This document shows positions 1-13,225 of a stretch of DNA of 64,000 nucleotides, in pieces. Numbering within the stretch: position 1 is the stretch's first letter; the number at the start of each line of letters is the position of its first letter. Origin of the DNA: Octopus sinensis (taxonomy: Eukaryota); assembly GCF_006345805.1 (NCBI RefSeq), contig NC_043000.1, positions 27,342,001-27,406,000 on the forward strand, read 5' to 3'. Position numbers and translations under genes: made by a program. A model generated the notes under the pieces. It searched no databases. It was not told where the DNA came from and saw only the letters and a program-made list of their open reading frames with translations.

Positions 1-372
1 GTAATTTACTAAATTTAATCACATATCGCTTATTATGAAAGACAGTTCCTTTATAATTACGCAATTATTTATGAAATTATTCGAATGTAACAATTTGAAG
101 TATGTCACACCCATAAGCGAGACGATGATATACAGAATTATTAGTTGCATTTTCATTATACTGCAACAATGATTTCTTAATGAATGTTTTGCTACAACTG
201 GATTCAAGGTTCGATCTCACGCAGCAGAATATTGTGTTGTTGTTTTTTTCCATGGTATATGTTTAGTTAGTTTGCTAAAAATGTAATTTTGCAGACGGAA
301 ACTACGAAGAAACCTATCGCATATGTTTTTACCTATACTCAAATAAATGTACGTGAATGTGCATGAATTTAT

Positions 373-455
373 CTGTCTATCTGTCAATCTATCTATCTAT
401 ATATCAATCTATCTATCTAACTATCTATATATCTATCTATCTATTTGTCTCTCTG

Positions 456-509
<54 letters not shown>

Positions 510-513
510 TGTT

Positions 514-575
<62 letters not shown>

Positions 576-585
576 CATACATACA

Positions 586-612
<27 letters not shown>
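373..612. repeat. Compound microsatellite (TCTA)n-(TA)n-(CATA)n
   Basis: Read directly; source of the spurious YI/IY-rich ORFs at 347-915. Confidence 0.95.
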
Positions 613-618
<6 letters not shown>

Positions 619-626
619 TCCAAAAT

Positions 627-824
627 GTAACCACATGTGAATCGTTGGTGAAGTTTTCCCTTCCTCACCTTTCCTCTTGGACTTTCGTCTGGCTCCTGTT
701 TCTGAAGAAACGTAAAACATCCATTTTTTTCTTCCTGAACGTCTGCTAATACTTTTGCATGCACCACATCTTCGTGTTGTTGTTTTCTCCCTGTGCTTCT
801 TCTTAGTTTCCTTTCTTGGGTATT

Positions 825-827
<3 letters not shown>
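627..827 (+). mobile_element. Short PLE-terminus-like element (family P1) with collapsed hammerhead relic
   Basis: Reverse complement aligns with 22283-22483 and 34993-35188; GTTT-CTGAAGAAAC-GTA-AAAC at 698-718 (stem II deleted). Confidence 0.6.
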
Positions 828-881
<54 letters not shown>

Positions 882-946
882 AATTTCTTTTCGTAATGAG
901 ATAAGAAAAAAACAAGGCAGTGTAAATTTTAGAACATTTATAAGAA

Positions 947-997
947 GGTCTTACATCTGTTTCTAGGATATTTATTATATCCCTTCATCGGAGACGG
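947..997 (-). ncRNA. Minimal type I hammerhead ribozyme motif (left arm)
   Basis: Minus strand reads (C)GTCT-CCGATGA-AGGGATA..TATCCTA-GAAAC-AGAT-GTA-AGACC. Confidence 0.6.
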
Positions 998-1073
998 TGC
1001 GTGAAGATCGTTAAGCAATAGTTAATTTAGTCAATCTATCTAGATTAACTATTACTTAACGATCTTATCACAC

Positions 1074-1123
1074 GGTCTCCGATGAAGGGATATAATAAAT
1101 ATCCTAGAAACAGCTGTAAAACC
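1074..1123 (+). ncRNA. Minimal type I hammerhead ribozyme motif (right arm)
   Basis: GGTCT-CCGATGA-stem II (GGATAT/ATATCC)-GAAAC-AGCT-GTA-AAACC; palindromic stem III ACAGCTGT; core U4 replaced by C. Confidence 0.7.
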
Positions 1124-1332
1124 TTCTTATAAATGTTCTAAAATCTACACTGCCTTGTTTTTCCTCATCTCATTACGAAAAATTTTTTTATATACACACG
1201 CTGATATATGACTTACGTTGGCCCCCCTATTTGCATAATCAGCGAACATGGAACTTAACTATGGTCTATCAGTAGTACTTATGCAGCATTACCTGACATA
1301 TTTGGGTCTCACTGACACCATTACCTCTCACA

Positions 1333-1335
<3 letters not shown>

Positions 1336-1416
<81 letters not shown>

Positions 1417-1422
1417 TATATA
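1336..1422. repeat. (CT)n-(TA)n microsatellite
   Basis: Read directly. Confidence 0.95.
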
Positions 1423-3576
1423 TTAATCAACATAGACTATTTTGTGTCATTTGTTTATTCAATTGTTAAGACATGTGATTTCACTGCTGCGTGGAGTTTA
1501 TTTGATTGAGTGTCTGTACCTTTATCATGTTAAATGAAGTATGATTTTGAATAAGGATGATGCATTTCGTTGAATGTTTATTGCTCGGAAAATCGTGTTT
1601 TTCTCAATTGTTGTTGTAGCTTAAGTATTTAGATATATGTTTGTACGTTTTAACAAATTCACATATAACTACCATGTATCTGTGCGTCTGATGAAATGTA
1701 TTGGTATTTTATTTTTTATATGGTATAAGTCCAAACGGCCGGCTGATAGTTAATGTATGCAGTTATTAACAGGAAATAAACATCTCTGTTTTCTGTTTTT
1801 GAAAGCGAGCTATATTAAAGGAAATAATTTGATGCAATTATTGAATTACTACTTCTTTGTTTATTTGGGAAACCATCAAATAGTTACTTGCAAGAGGAGG
1901 CAGCTCTGATCTCATTATTAGTTATTGCCAAAACTATTTTTTGAAAAGAATAACGAACAATGTTGTATTCTATTCATAATTCATGTTAATGCTGTATTTA
2001 ACGTATATAATTTATATATTTAAAGCTATATGTATAAATATCAGGATATGAAGTAATGACATCTGATTTCGCCAGTTGTCCATGGTCGCTCGACGTTGAT
2101 GCCTTGTTCAGCTTTGAACAAAACGCCTTTGGACGCTGAGTAAGGCACGTGATGTCCCCATCCTCCCAGCTTGCCTCTCTAGGTCTCGACGCGAAGAGTC
2201 ATGTGGTGTACAACAGTGTAATGAGCATGGTGGACGATGAGGCTACCTCGCAGTAGCAGCTCACTCGCTAGTTGACGCCCACCTGTTGTTTGGTGATGCA
2301 GATCTAACATTGGCCGGAATAACCTTCAAATGTTTGGTCTTGGACTCATCTGCCTCGGTGGTTATCCAACGTCATATCTCTGGCACGGGAGGCTAAGTGG
2401 TGGCTAGCACTTTCCCTAGTCTACAGACGGATGAGGCGACGTACCCTCATTTTTATGGCCCGCCACCCAACGTGTATACAAATATATACATCATGCCTTT
2501 AAAGGTATATACCGACACAGGAATCCTGCAAGTATGATTTCTATTGAAAATGACTTAATAATCCCAATAAACCACACTCAATATAGAAGGGGTTATCTAC
2601 ATCAGATATTAATCTATGAAGGCGGCAGAATATGGCTTAGTGTAAATTACCTAAGGATCTACCTTTTAATAAAACATATCCCTTTTGCTTTACACACACG
2701 TGCACACACACACACACACACACACACTGGCACACACACTCATAAAGTGACACTTCAGCTTGATGGTGATATTTAAATCTGACAACGACCCTTATTATGC
2801 CAACGCGGAATTATCTTGTCGGTTAATAGAATTTTATATAATAGTTGTGTCAAGTTATTGGAGTTGATGCAATACAGTAAACCATTCGACGGCGCTGCCT
2901 CTAGCAAAGTTGCAGCTCAAGAATACTGAAAACAATAAAAGAATAACTTATTGACAATATTCAAACTTAACGGTCCCATTTCTCATACAAATATTGTAAT
3001 AGTTGGATACTAAACATGTAAGACACAGAAGAGGTAAAGTCTTCTGTTGAGTTCTGCCAGATTTCTAGTCTCACAAACAGCGATCGTGTATTCGCCGATC
3101 TTCCATTGTTTAGTTAGTTCTAAATGTGCTTGTACATTTATGCAGAAAGTGCGCGGTAAATCCTATCACACTCATTCCGACCATGTCAATTTTAGTAGAT
3201 TTAAGAATCAAGAAGAGCGACCACATTTTACCTTACGTTGAACATTTTTCCATGAAGGCGATCTGTTTCGATCCTAACATCTTCTACTCTCTCAATCTCT
3301 TTAACCGACAACCACCTTTCACATGTGGCTGAATCTCTCCTTTCTTAGTTACATGCAACATGGTTTTCGTAGATCTCAAAGTATTGGGAACTTTAGCAAA
3401 AGCAATGCATCTTATTCCGGCTATCACTAAATATTTAAACTAATAGATGGCTATTCTGGGCCTCAAGCTTAACTCACTTATATGCACCTATCGTTTTTTA
3501 TCAGTCAGCTACATCGCTGTATAGCAAAAACCCTACGAATCTTTTGGTATTTCAACGTGGACTATACCATCAATTA

Positions 3577-3721
3577 TCATCATCATCCTTCAACCAACCC
3601 ATGGTTGTTCGGAACTCCATTGACAATCCCTTTCCACACTACATGATCCTGCATGGCTGCGTTCAGATCTCTAATATCCAGCCGTGAATCCTGAGATATA
3701 GCGTCTGGAAATGTTAGTTTC
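3577..3721 (-). mobile_element. RTE-type LINE 3' end fragment
   Basis: Minus translation FPDAISQDSRLDIRDLNAAMQDHVVWKGIV resembles RTE/RTE-X C-termini; ends in a (GAT)n tail. Confidence 0.5.
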
Positions 3722-3820
3722 CTGGAGAAAACACTTGCCTAATATGCCACGCGATGAGACCGAATCGAGGACCACGTTGTTTGCAGCGAACTTTTTAACC
3801 AGACAGCAATGCTTGCGCAT
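3722..3820 (-). mobile_element. tRNA-derived SINE-B head fragment
   Basis: Reverse complement similar to 10348-10445 (box A/B-like motifs, ggcaagtgt.ttct). Confidence 0.6.
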
Positions 3821-5059
3821 AAATAATACACAAAATCTAAAAATCTCTGTAAAATTTCCTTCTCAATAATATACTTGCTCTCATAATCTTTTATGGTGAT
3901 CTCGTATACATATATACATTGCAAAAATTGCGTCTCAAACAATACAATTTACTGTTCAGTAAAGAACTATCATAAAACCGGATCATTAGCTGGACTTCTC
4001 CGACAGCTACTTGACATATTTATTAAAGTACTGAACACATCTACTGGTGCATTACTGTTTCTACATCCACAACCATTTTGAACTTTATTTAAAACTCCGT
4101 TCAGCTTATTGACAATGATTCACTCAATCACACAATATAACAGTCATCTCTTCGTTATCATACGCTACCGATCATAAGCTACTGTAGCAGCTTGTTTTAC
4201 TCTTTTAGACACAGAGATATATAAACACATATATATGTAAATGTATGTGTAAACACACACAGATATATACATATATTGTGTATGTGTATATATACATATG
4301 TGTGTGTGTGTATGTATGCAAAGAGAGAGAGAGAGAGAGAGAAAGAGATGAAGGAGCAATGATAAGATGACAGATTGCTTGTATGTAGATCTATGCATCT
4401 ATCCAGTCATACAGGCATTCATATATTCATAGATACGTTCATGTTCTATGCTGAATGAATGAATGGAAATAATCGATATAAAAATTAATCAGCAGAACTT
4501 CACGTACAGCCACAAAATCAATAACAAACCTACACTACACCAGACCCTGGAGGAAAGCTGGAAATTCTCTTCCAGTTTATCTCTCCTATTATATACGAAA
4601 TTTACAATAGCGGAAAATGTTTTTATCTGAAGGGGATATTTTGGTTCGTATAAGAAAAATAAACGGCATCTTTTAGATAATGATTATAGAACTGATAGAA
4701 TTATTATTAGTAGCAGTTGTATGTAATTGGTTGTGCAAAAGTCGAAATGTTAGTTTTAGTATTATTGTTGTTGGAATAACAGAATTGTTGGGGGGTCCGA
4801 AGAAAACGTGGCGTAGTATGTTTTCATGTTTAGATACCGTTACGGTCAACTTTGTTATTCATTCTTCTGGTGTCGATAAAATGTACTACTAGTCAAACAG
4901 TACAGTCAATTGTGTGGACTACCTCACTACCCTCAAAGCTGTTGTCTTTGTTCTTAAATTAGAAATAAGGCGGTATGTTTGCAGGATCGCGAGGTGAGCT
5001 CCAGTTAATAAGCATCTGACAGAAAAATCTAATTGCTCCTTGTTATGGTATAAACAAAA

Positions 5060-5296
5060 TACCTATTTCTTTACTACCCACAAGGGGCTAAACACAGAGA
5101 GGACAAAAAAGGACAGACAAACGGATTAAGTTGATTATATCGACCCCAGTGCGTAACTGGTACTTATTTAATCGACCCCGGAAGGATGAAAGGCAAAGTC
5201 GACCTCGGCGGAATTTGAACTCAGAACGTAACGGCAGACGAAATACTGCTAAGCATTTCGCCCGGCGTGTTAACGTTTCTTCCAGCTCGCCGCCTT
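5060..5296 (-). mobile_element. tRNA-derived SINE-A, full length
   Basis: Head AAGGCGGCGAGCTGG, B-box GAGTTCAAATTCC, central GCCTTTCATCCTTCCGGGGTCGA; homologous to 13226, 25925 and 51787. Confidence 0.85.
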
Positions 5297-7515
5297 GTAT
5301 AAACAGAATACCATTAATGAACCTAGGTCTGATACAATGTATAAATCTCACTCTTATTAATTATGTGTCGTATTTTTATTATTTTTATCAAGTTATTCTT
5401 CCCAAATTGTATTTCATAAGGCACTAACTTATTACTTATTCATAGTCATAGAAATACCATGAAGTAGAGATATATTCAATGAAAAGACATATTCTCTATG
5501 GGTGATTGTTAAATTCAGATGAAAGGAAAGGAGTAAAGGGATAAGAACGGTGAAAAATGAAAGAAAATAAACCGATATCAAATAGGAAACAACTTTAAGT
5601 TGAGTAAAAAATGGAAATATGGAGTTTGGATGTCTAGGCATTCCGAACAGTAAATAACAATGCAAAGAAACGGTAACAATATTATTGTCGCTGTGAGCTG
5701 ATGACCTTTTGCTACACAAGACAACTGACTACGATAATATTGTTATATAAGCATATGCATATGCACAACCATATTTCATAAATGCAATTCATATTTATAC
5801 ACACAATCGGCAATGCGTCATTCAGACACATATTCACATGTATAATTCAAGTTATTGATATTAGCTGTTTCTTAAATGTCGCATCGTTCATATTTAAAAC
5901 ATCGACTATATTTCGTCTTCGTCTCACCGTTGTCTAGCAATTGTACTACACCATCCAGATTCCGCTAAACCAAGAAATATATTTCTTTGGAACATACTCG
6001 TAGTTTGTATTTATTTGATCTGTAGTAGTTATGATTAGGAATAATGTGAAAGTCACGTGTTTCATTTGCAGTTATTTTGAAAATAACGATAGGAAAATGC
6101 AAAGATTCAGGTTCTAACTACTGACAGGAGACGCATTCGAAGCACCAGATGTTCCACAAGTCAGCTCTTCTGAAACCAAACATTATATTCTTGAAGTGGG
6201 CAGACTGCAAGCAACCTCGTCTTTGAAACTGTATTCTACACTCCTGGATATTTCCCGACAGGGATTTAAAAAATTTTCACATACATCCTATCTCCCAAAC
6301 ACCACTAAAAGTTTTGTCAATTTTAGTTCCAGTGTCAGTCTTAACACACAATATAGTATTCATAAACTACCCTTCAGTCAATATAACTACTCTTAACACA
6401 CATAAGCTACCTTTCTGCCTGTTTCACTTCTAACTTATACATAGATGCAAACTGTAAAACTTTCTCTCATCGTCCAACCCAACAAAAATAAACGGTCCCT
6501 ATGACCTTGTTGATACTATCAAATGATACGTTTCGGTACTAGTCTATATTCTTTCCAATCTTTTAAAGGATCAAATCCGTTCTTTGCACATGTGAAAATG
6601 TTTTTCACCTTTTCTTGACCATGTAAATCTATTCAGTCTCTCACAAATCTCGAATACAAGTTTAGTATGGCCATAATTACGGAAGATTTACACGGCCACG
6701 TCACACTCCACTCATATATTCAACCCATGGAACTAAAAAAAGAATTATGTTGTCTGTGGTTGACATCTGACATACGACATTTCTACGTATATTGATTGCC
6801 TAAATTTGGCATTTAACTGATTTTTATGTCGTCTCATACCATATTCCTTTTATAAATTAATAATCTTCTTCCTGTTACTTCTTACAATATACATTCCCTT
6901 ATAGATATAATATCAATTTTCACCCACCCTTCTACAAACGTCATTTCAGCCAACCGCCTACAAGCGTCAACCATTACACTTCATGCAAAACGTACACTTC
7001 TTCCATGAAATTTCACACCCGATACACTCGTCACATTCAGTGTCTCACTTCTCATATTCAGCGCTAAACGTTTCGTTCATCGTATCACCCCGAAGTTGGA
7101 ACCTTCTGGAATTACTTATGTGCCAATATAATTCCTACAGAGGTCATTACAGCAATTCGCATTAAAAATTAACTACATCATCCTCTAAGCAGTCTGGACG
7201 AACACCTTCGTCTCTCATTAATTAATAATGAAAAACACTCGTCACCATTTCTACTCAGATATACAAATATTATGAACCAGTACACCTTGTCTTCACACTT
7301 TCCAATGAAGAACTTAGTGTTTATACATACACAAATGCACGTACGCATACTTACACACTCGGAGCAATGTATTATGTTTCATATTAATTACGCACACGCA
7401 CACACACACACATTCATACACACATACGCATGCATACATACTCGCAGGCACACAAAATACACATACACACAAACACACATACACGGGCACACACGTTTTA
7501 TTACACTGCAATATA

Positions 7516-7907
7516 TCTCTCTATATATAAAGCTGAAGTTGTCTGTGTATGACAAGTTTGGTAGCCTTCAACTAACACTATCTCCTCCGAGACCCTGCGG
7601 CGCAAGTTGACCAAAATTGAAAGTATGATAGAAGAAGGTTTGCTCTTCCTTCTGTAGTAGAAAAATTGCAAATCGGACTATATTAATACCAAAAATTATT
7701 TACATCAAAAAGCTGCTATGTTTTCTCTGAAAATACCTGTTTTATGATTTTTTTTACTGCCGTGTCGCCATTTTTCGGTGTATTTCAACCAAAAAAATGT
7801 TCAGTTAAAGAGAATAACAAGCTACATAATGCAAAAGTTTTACTTTTCAAAAATTCCAATTCTAAAAGGTCGAAACAAACCCGAGCAACACCGGGCGATA
7901 CTGCTAG
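7516..7907 (+). mobile_element. Non-autonomous Helitron-type element
   Basis: 5' TC-TCTCTATATATAAAGC...GTCTGTGT; 3' hairpin CCCG..CCGGG followed by CTAG|T; between A and T. Confidence 0.7.
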
Positions 7908-8238
7908 TCTACTATAAAAAATGCTGTGTAATACTGTACACTACGTGCGTGTGCTTTTGTACAATTTATAAATTTAACCAAAGGCTAAAAACAACCACCA
8001 TTCAATGTAATAATGAATACATCCGAAACGATAAGACATGATAACATGCCAATTGTTTCGTCTTCAGTGCCTAAAATGACTTTACAGAAATATTACACGA
8101 TGCTTACATAAATCATAATTAAAGAAAGTAACAATCGAAAACAATTACACAAAATATTTATGTCAGAAATAATATGATGCACTTAGGTGTAAAGGTATAT
8201 CGGATTGTGTAATTATATTTGGTATTTTCGGTGTAATA

Positions 8239-8779
8239 TATTGGATTGTCCGGAAAATTGGTGCCGAATTTTAAAGGAAATGATAAAGGTCAATAAATAC
8301 TTGCCATTACATTTCCGATCAACCAAATATGAAACATTTTGTTGCACAATGCGTCTCCATCTTTCCTTTCACTTGAAAATACCCTCTTCCCAGAATTGAG
8401 GTATCTTTTTACCTCATCCAAGCAATTGAAATTTTTATCATTAAGACTATACTGCAGAGACCCGAATAAGTAGAAATCCGAAGGAGCAATATCTGGTGAA
8501 TATGGAGGTGGGGGTAACACATCCCAGCTGAGCTGCAGCAATTTTTGTCTGGTTCCCAAAGTATCAAGTGCCGAAAATGAACTTTCTTATCTTCCATTTT
8601 AAAGGGTTACAGAATTAACACATTATAGGAACCTAAAACTTCTTCCACGAAAAGATAGCTTAAACTGCGCTATAAATGGAAGTGTAGTCAAATCCTATTT
8701 TATGGACTCAACCATGTTCTAAAATAAGTCGAAAGATAAGCTACTATAAATCGGCACGAACTTTCCGGACAACCCAATA
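8239..8779 (-). mobile_element. Internally deleted mariner transposon
   Basis: TIRs TATTGGATTGTCCGGAAAATTGGTGCCGA / TCGGCACGAACTTTCCGGACAACCCAATA, TA TSDs; N-terminal MEDKKVHFRHL joined to C-terminal WDVLPPPPYSPDIAPSDFYLF. Confidence 0.9.
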
Positions 8780-9074
8780 TATAGAGAAAGGTATAGAAAG
8801 AAAAGAGGGAGCTAAGAAGAAATAAACAAAAGAAGAACTGAAGAATGACCGAATATACTCCTCTCATATAAATATACACATTGGTAAGATCGAGGAGTTA
8901 TTCAGTTTTACGTGGGAATCCTTCTGTGATTTTATTCTCAACCCAGAGTAACCACTACATATACAAAAGAAAGAAGCTTATTAATATCAATAAAATAAAT
9001 GACTCCCGACTGAAAATAACTTCTACTTTATGTATGTACGATAGAACAAAACCCTAAACATCCGTCCTTTAAAC

Positions 9075-9385
9075 CAGAGTTTTTCAAACATTTTGGCCCC
9101 TCTCATGGCCGCATAATACCCTCAGTGCCTCAACTCCTATTTTTATGCATAAATAGGTATTTTATATTTTACTAATATATATATACTATGAATCATTTGA
9201 TATTCAATATATTATATAATTTGTATACAATAGTATAATAATATAATAAATTCGTCGCGTCTCCCCCAGACCACTGCCTTCCTCACAACGCTTCCTTTTT
9301 CTCTCCCACCCCTTAGGCCTCAACACACACCTGGACCGTCTTAACGCCCACCGGAGGGTGGTAGTGCTTACTTGTAGAACCTATG
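9075..9385. mobile_element. hAT (Charlie-like) MITE
   Basis: Perfect 8-bp TSD CTTTAAAC (9067-9074 and 9386-9393); degenerate CAG/CAT-type TIRs. Confidence 0.75.
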
Positions 9386-10347
9386 CTTTAAACTGACAGA
9401 ACAGGATGTATACATTAATATAAATAGCAGTATTAAATAATGTAACTAGATGCAAGATATGTAGACTTGTTAATTACATCGATGGTAGAATATTATCTAT
9501 TACTAAATGCGGAGCAATTATAATTATGAATAAATACACAAAGAATTATTAATAGATTCTGTAATATCAGTAATAAGCAGAATACTAAGTTTTTCCCATT
9601 CACCCATTTAATATGAAAGATTACTTTTCTTCGCTATTACTGTTATCAAAAATGAAAAGAGTAATCTAATCTTACAAATGTGAGGCTTAATGGAAATATC
9701 GCTGAATACCTATTGATGTATGACTAAATGTTTTCGACACTTCTGCGAATGAAGAACTTTTAATGAATATTCATCGTGTTAAAATAAGGTCTTAAGAGTG
9801 GCTTAAAAGATAACATATCCTACAGTCCAACTTCTAGACGGGTTAGGAAAGCTCACTGTTTTAATTTCACTCATAACTTAGTAATAATTCTAACAGCCAA
9901 TATGTTGTTTCTTTGTTTAATAAGCAATTCGATTCTGCGCACCTAAATACATACAAAAAAATGGAATAGTACATGAAACTTTCTAAATCAAGTATATTCA
10001 CTTAACAAAAATAGCTCTTTTAGGATAGCTAAACTCCGTAGTTGTTATAAGACCACCAGTGAACTTTTGCGAATAAAATCTCACTTGAAAAATGTTTTCT
10101 AAGCATCTCTAATTCATCAGGAATTTGAAGAGAATTCTTGAAAACAAAACAGCATACAAAACAAATATGCGCTATTAACTACTATTATACGAAGATAGTT
10201 AAATTCTCTTATCTATGTTTTACCTACGTAATTTATTGAACATAAATGTACAACTGGATAGGAATTTAACGCCTCAATAATGATTATCCCATATCATTCT
10301 TTTCTAAAAGGAAATGTTACTCAAGATACATTTAAAATTTTCACTTT

Positions 10348-10549
10348 AAGGCGTAGGAGTGGCTGTGTGGTAAGTATCTTGCTTACGAACCCCATGGCTC
10401 CAGTTTCAGTCCCACTGCGTGGCACCTTGGACAAGTGTCTTCTACTACAGCCTCGGGCTGACCAAAGCCTGTGAGTGGATTTGGTAGATGGAAACTGAAA
10501 GAAGCCCGTCGTATATATGTATATATATATTATATATATATATATTATA

Positions 10550-10592
<43 letters not shown>

Positions 10593-10825
10593 ATATGTAT
10601 GTATGTGTGTGTGTGCGTGTGTGTATGTTTGTGTGTCTGTGCTTGTCCCGCCAACATCACTTGACAAGTGGTGTGTTTAAGTCCCCGTAACTTAGCGGTT
10701 CGGCAAAAGAGACAGATCGAATAAGTACTAGGCTTACAAAGAATAAGTCCTGGGGTCGATTTGCTCGACTAAAGGTGGTGCTCCAGCATGACCACAGTCA
10801 AATGACTGAAACATGTAAAAGAGTA
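10348..10825 (+). mobile_element. tRNA-derived SINE-B, full length with internal (TA)n(TG)n tract
   Basis: Head GGCGTAGGAGTGGCTGTGTGG, body ...GGAAACTGAAAGAAGCCC, microsatellite, tail ...GCTCCAGCATG..TGACTGAAACA..TAAAAGA; multiple homologs in the window. Confidence 0.85.
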
Positions 10826-11649
10826 TTTAAAAAAAATTTGTTATTTTTTTCCTGTTTAAAACAATCACCGAATTTCTATCACTCTTTCACCCATTCGCGC
10901 AAGTAGCGCTCGTTCAAAACATTTCGCTTGAAACCACTTGAGCATTTCATGTTTTTAGTAATCACACGTCCATGCGCTACTAAAAATATAACATTGAGAA
11001 GCCTATATTAAAATGTAGATAAGAGATGACAATTAGCGAATGCTTATATATTTCTCTGGCTAAAATAATATTTCTACGGAGTTTTCGTTTCAACTCAGAT
11101 ATTTTAAATATGTACCGTTATAAATCCTTAGACGCCTTTGATAACGATTAATTTCGAAAAAAGATTGCTTTCTAATATATGTAAATTTAGCATTGGCAGT
11201 GAGAAGTCGAATGCATTATGATGCCGATATGAGAATAATTACTTCCCACACATAGCGAAACATCGATATTACTACCAAATTCTACACGATTTTCAAGTCT
11301 TGTTAGATTCGGATAACAGCGTATAATTTACAAAATTTTACAGAATACCCCGAGGCAGTATTTCTTGAACGAATATCTTTGAGCCTTAGCAAGGAATTTA
11401 CATTCCGCAACGCTAAAAATTCAAGCCCTTATTACTTAGAATAAAGAGTATATCTATGTCGTTAGTAATAATGGTTGGAATTTAAAACGCCTGTTGTAAA
11501 CTGTTGGAGGCGGTTTATGCAAAAACAAGAGAATGAGGATGATAATAAGGCACTCTTCAGAGGATAGAGAGGATGGCAAGTTGGGATTGGAGGAAAGTGG
11601 CGCAGTTCTGTTGTTTGATATAAAAATGTTTAATGTTCGTGCTCAGTAA

Positions 11650-11840
11650 AGAAAGAGAGAGAGAGAGAAGGACAGGGAGAGAGAGAGAGAGAGAGGGAGA
11701 GAGAGAGAGAGAAAGAAAGAAAGAGAGAAAGAAAGAAAGAAAGAAAGATAGAAAGAGAAAAAGAAAGAGAGAAAGAAAAAAGAAAGAAAGAAAGAAAGAA
11801 AGAGAAAAAGAAAGAAAGAAAGAAAGAGAAAAAGAAAGAG

Positions 11841-11887
<47 letters not shown>

Positions 11888-12260
11888 AAAAAGAAGGAAA
11901 GGAATGAAGTCAGAAAGGAAGAAAGAAAGACAGACAGAAAGAAAGAAAGAAAGACAAGCAAAAAGAAAGAAAGGCAGAAAGATAGAAAGAAAGAAAGAAA
12001 GAAAGACAGACAAGCAGAAAGAAAGAAAGGAAGAAATACAGAAAGAAAGAAAGAGAGAGAGAAAACATGAAACAAGTTAGACTTCATAACGTTGTGCGAT
12101 ATGAAATATGAATGAGAAAAATTTTTAAACAGAAAAGAGAGGAATATCGTGTAATTATATTAATATTTGGCTTTTGGGAAAGAATTGAATTCGAAGAAAT
12201 GTTAATCGAATAACATTGCGCAAGGAAAGGAGATCAACAGAAAGGGAGAGAGAGAGAGAG

Positions 12261-12297
<37 letters not shown>

Positions 12298-12760
12298 TTA
12301 GTATAAGTGTGTGTATTAGAAGAAGATTAAAGAGAGAAAATGATTGTGTGTGAGAGAGAGGGGGGAAGAGATAAAGAGAGTGAGAGAGAGATAAAGAGAG
12401 AAAGAGAGAGAAAAAGAGAAAGGAGGGAGATAGAGAGCGAGAAGGAGACAAAAAGAGTGAAAGATAGTGAGAGAAAGAGAGAGAGAGACAAAGAGAGAAA
12501 GAAAGAGAGGGAGAAAGAGAGAGAGAGAGTGGGATGGAGATAAAGAGAGTGAAAGAGAGTGAAAAAGAGAGAGAGAAACAAAGAGAGAAAGAAAGAGAGG
12601 GAGGGAGAGAGAGAGAGCGGGAAGGAGACAAAGAGAGAGAGAAAAAAGAGAGAGAGAGAAAAAAAGAGAGATGGGGAGAGGGAAAGAAGGAGAGAGAGAA
12701 AGAGAGAGAGAGAGCGAGAGAGAGATAGAGAGAGATTAGAGAGAGAGAGAGAGAGCGAAA
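11650..12760 (+). repeat. Two long polypurine tracts, (GAAA)n at 11650-12066 and (GA)n-rich at 12245-12760
   Basis: Read directly; source of the E/R/K and F/L/S ORFs. Confidence 0.95.
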
Positions 12761-13225
12761 ACGAACAACAGGCGAAACAGGCGATCTATTGTGGAGATAT
12801 TTTGCAAGGAACTTGCAGATGTAAGTGTTAGAAGTTAAAAAGCTCCGCATCCCGGATGCCAGCAGATTTATGTGTACATCACCAGAGAATGTGCGCCGTC
12901 TCTGATTTATAGTACACAATATATTAGCATCATCTTATTTTTGAAGTGAGAAGCTGCTGCACCAATGTTTACTTTCGGAGAGACTAAAAAAAAATAAAAT
13001 AAATAAAAAAACAAAAACAGAAAAAGCATTTAGCTTTGTTCTGAAAAGTAAACAAACTGACCGCAACAAGACTTATTCTACATTTATGAACAGAAAACGG
13101 GGCTGAGTTAATTCCTGGCTTCGTATATTCCCATGATAACTATATTGCCCATAAATTTTCTGACTGAGGAACCAAATTTCTTATCGTTTTTGTTTGGTAT
13201 CTTATACAGTATAACTAGTATAAGT

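Larger units (their letters stand above)
888..1181. repeat. Fold-back palindrome (~143-bp arms, 9-nt loop) carrying two hammerhead motifs head-to-head
   Basis: ttttcgtaatgagataag...atagttaatttag / ctagattaactat...ctcattacgaaaa; loop 1031-1039; (TA)n on left flank. Confidence 0.9.

Noticed and set aside
3500-3820. Apparent tRNA-head + RTE-tail chimeric SINE
   Set aside because: A degenerate continuation of SINE-B appears beyond the RTE tail (~3530-3566), so nested insertion is simpler.
8043-8072. GGCA-CTGAAGA-C-GAAAC-AATT-GG on the minus strand
   Set aside because: Stem II is absent and there is no GUH triplet; chance match or relic.
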